Assembly (NCBI GenBank): GCA_013239625.1
Contig: MU053881.1
Coordinates: 1,488,001-1,552,000, forward strand
DNA: 64,000 nt
Origin: Lama guanicoe
Lineage: Eukaryota
Reading direction: 5' to 3'
The notes under the pieces were generated by a model. The model saw only the letters and a list, made by a program, of their open reading frames with translations, did no database searches and had not been told where the DNA came from. Below, one piece after another: positions 60,986 through 64,000 of this stretch; position 1 is the stretch's first letter, and every line of letters starts with the position of its first letter. The position numbers and the translations under genes are program-made.

Positions 60986-61394
60986 TCACAGTTTCTTTTT
61001 TAACACAGTCAAATGTATCAGTCTTTTACAAGTTCTGGACTCTGTGTCTTGTTAGAAAGTTCCCTCCAATCTAACATTGTAAATAAATTCACTAAGGTTT
61101 TATTCTAGTAATTTTATTTATTTTTATTTTTATATTAATAACTTAGGAAATTATTTTGATATGGTGAATAAGATAGCCATCCAGTTTTATGATTTTTCCA
61201 TATGGTTTCCCAGATGTCCAGATAAACTCTTCCTGGATAATCCGTCTTTTACCTTCTTTTGCCACTGAACAAAACGCCGTCTTGACGTTCTGAATTTATG
61301 ACATTCTGGATACTGTATATTTCGTCACTGTTCTGTTAATTTCTTTCCCACTGACTGGTTATTGGGTTTTTTTGTTTGGTTTTTTTTTTCCCTT

Positions 61395-62110
61395 TTCCCT
61401 TTAGATAGTTGTAAGTTCACAGAAAGTTGCAAACATAGTACAAAGAAGTCCCATGTAGCCTTCACCCCGTGCTCATCTATAGTCACAATGGTTACGTCTT
61501 ACGTGCTGTAGAATATCAACCAGGAAAGTGACATTGGTACACAGCGTGTGTTCAGCCGTGCACCAGTTTATCATGCCTGTAGACTCACGTAGCCACTACC
61601 ACAGTGAAGGTACAGCATCTTCTGTCACAGTGCTCCCCTCCCCCTACCAGCCCTAACCTCTAGCAGCCACTAATCTATTTTCCCTATCTGTAAATTTGCC
61701 ATTTTGAGAAAGTTTTATGACTAGAACTATATACTTTGTAATGTTTTGAGATTAGCTCTTTGCACTCAGCATAATGCCCTTGAGATCCATCCATATTGTT
61801 GCATGTGTCAATATTTCATTCACTTTTGTTGCCAAGTAGTATTTTATGGTATGTACGTACCACAGTTGGTTTAGCCATTCACCTATCATAGGACATTTTG
61901 GTTGTTTCCAGTTTTGAGCTATTAAAAATAAAGCTTCTGTGAACATTTCTGTACAGGTTTTTGTATGGACATAAAATTTCTCGTTTCTCTGAGATAAATG
62001 CTCAGGAGTGTAATTTCTGGGCCATATGGAAAGTGTATTTTTAGGGTTTTGTGTTTTTTTTTTTTTTAAGAAATTACCAAACTGTTTTCCAGAGCAGCTG
62101 TACCAATGTG
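61395..62110 (-). mobile_element. L1MC/MD-like 3' end
   Basis: ORF 61752..62159: VHTKTCTEMFTEALFLIAQNWKQPKCP. Confidence 0.88.
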
Positions 62111-62129
62111 ATTGAAGTGTAGAAATACA

Positions 62130-63970
62130 CCTCCTTTTACATTCCTTACCCGCCTCCATTTATAATTGTCTTAACTATTTCCTCTGCTTACATTGAGAAC
62201 CACATCAAATGATGTTACAGTTTTTGCTTCAACCATGAAGCACAATTTAGAAAACCCAATAGAAGGAATACCTCTTGTACTTACCCAGACTTCTGCTGGC
62301 CGTGTTTTCGTCCTCCCTGGTGTCCTAAGATTCCTTCTTTCATCATTTCCTTTCTGTTTAGAGAACTTGCTTTAGGCATGCTTTCAGGGTAGGTCTACTG
62401 GCACCAAATCCTCTTCAATTTTTTTTTTTTTCAGCTGAAAATATCCTGGTTTCCCCTTCATTCCTCAAGGATAATTTCACTGGATATAGAATTCTGAATT
62501 TTCTTTTGGCATTTAAAAACCAGCGTGCCACATCTTTCTGGCCTCCATGGTTTCCGCTGAGAAGTCTGCTGTCACTTGAATTCTTTTTCTCCATAAGTAA
62601 GGTGTCATTCCTCCTTGGCAGCTTTCAAGATTTTTGGTTTTGCTTTTAGTTTTCAAATTTTCAGCAGTTTAACTATGATGATTCTTGGTGTGGGTTTCTT
62701 TGGATTTATCTTGTTTGAGATCTGCCCAACATGTTGAATGGGAAGGTTTTGGTCTTCTGCCACATTTGGAAATTTTTCAGCCATTATTCCTTTGAATATT
62801 TTTTCAGCCCCCCTCTACTTCTCCTCTCCTTCTGGGACTCTGGTGGCACAAATGTTAGATCTTTTGTTACCATTCCCTGAAGCTCTGATCATTTCTTTCT
62901 TTTTCTTTTTCTTTTTTTTTTTTTGGTCTGTTTTCTCTCTGTCGTTCAGACTGAGTAATTTCTCTTGGTTTTCCCTTCAAGTTCACTGTTTTTTTTTTTC
63001 CTCTTTTCTTTCCATTCTCCTTTTGAACGCATTTCCTGTATAACACTTTTCAGTTGTGAAATTTCCATTTGATTCTTCTTTATATCTTCCCTTTCTGTGC
63101 CGAGACTTTATTTTTTCATTGGCTTCAAGTGTGTTCGTAATTGCTCATCAAAGCATTTTTGTGATGGCTGTTTAAAAATCTTTGTCAGATCATTCTGACA
63201 TCCATGTCCTGTCAGTGTTCACATTTGTTGATTGCCTTTTCTCCCTCAGGTCGAGGTTTTCCTGGTTCTTGGGCTGATGAGTGGTTATTAGTTGGATCCT
63301 GGACATTTGGGTTATTATGTTATGAGACTTGGGGTCTTATTTAAATCTTGTGTTTTAGCTGGTCTCCTCAGACCCCATGCTGATGGGTAGAGGGCAGGAG
63401 GTGCCACCTTGCTATTTTCAAGTGGAAATGGAGGTCCACGTTTTCCACTCAGCCTCCATAACACCCGAGATAGGGACGGGCTCTGAGTTACTCCTGGGAG
63501 GCGGTGGGAGTTCTGGCTCTCCACTCAGCCTCCTCTGATACCCTCTAGCTGGGAGGGGCTGGAGTGCCTCCTTATTGCTCCCCATGTGGCTTCCACTGAC
63601 CCCTTGGGGTCTGGCCTCATTACCACATGGCAGGAGGATGAAAGTCCCAGCTCCTCATTTGGCTCCTTTGATGCCACCCCTGTGGGGGCAGGGCCCCATG
63701 CTGCGGTCTGACAAAGGGGCAGGCTGCCCCCGACTCTGCCTTGCAGAGGCAGGTAGGAGTGGGACCTCAGTTTGTTCTGTGTTACGTGCCCGGTGTGGAG
63801 CAGTTATTCCCAAGAAGTTCTGTCCTGTACGGCTTCCTTTTTCTGGCCCTTTGGCTGGAGGCTAAAGAGAGCAGGCTTTGCTGGATGACTTTTTTGTTTG
63901 CATCCATTGGTGTTTCTGAGTCATTGGCTTTTCCAACACCCAGGCACCCAGTTTGGAAAATACTGTTACC
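62130..63970 (-). mobile_element. Ancient L1 ORF1 and 5' region
   Basis: tcactggatatagaattctg, ttggcagctttcaagatttt, gcagtttaactatgat, atttggaaatttttcagccattatt are typical of antisense L1M ORF1. Confidence 0.7.
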
Positions 63971-64000
63971 AAATGCAAGTTCATGTGCCCAAGGGAGGCC

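Overview
Mammalian genomic DNA, most likely camelid (camel/alpaca/llama). The taxon is inferred from eight tRNA-Ala-derived SINEs resembling the camelid Vic-1 family and a lineage-specific L1 3'UTR, with no Alu, Bov-tA/BovB, PRE-1 or Can-SINE seen. The window looks intergenic or intronic. I recognise no protein-coding exon; the only ORFs with clear homology are decayed LINE-1 ORF2 and Tigger transposase fragments. GC-rich zones with CpG clusters (about 1-11.4 kb and 31.4-59 kb) alternate with AT-rich, L1-dense blocks (about 11.4-31.4 kb and 59-63 kb). Five different LTRs cluster at 40.1-43.9 kb, including an intact ERV1-type solo LTR with a 4-bp TSD and octamer/CCAAT/TATA motifs. Other points of interest are a near-intact tRNA-Ala(AGC) cloverleaf copy, a very young L1 insertion, a candidate L1 3' transduction, several templated-insertion scars and AT-to-GC drift in ancient repeats. 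I found no convincing new biological system. Repeat subfamily names come from recalled consensus sequences, not a database search, and boundaries of old repeats are approximate.
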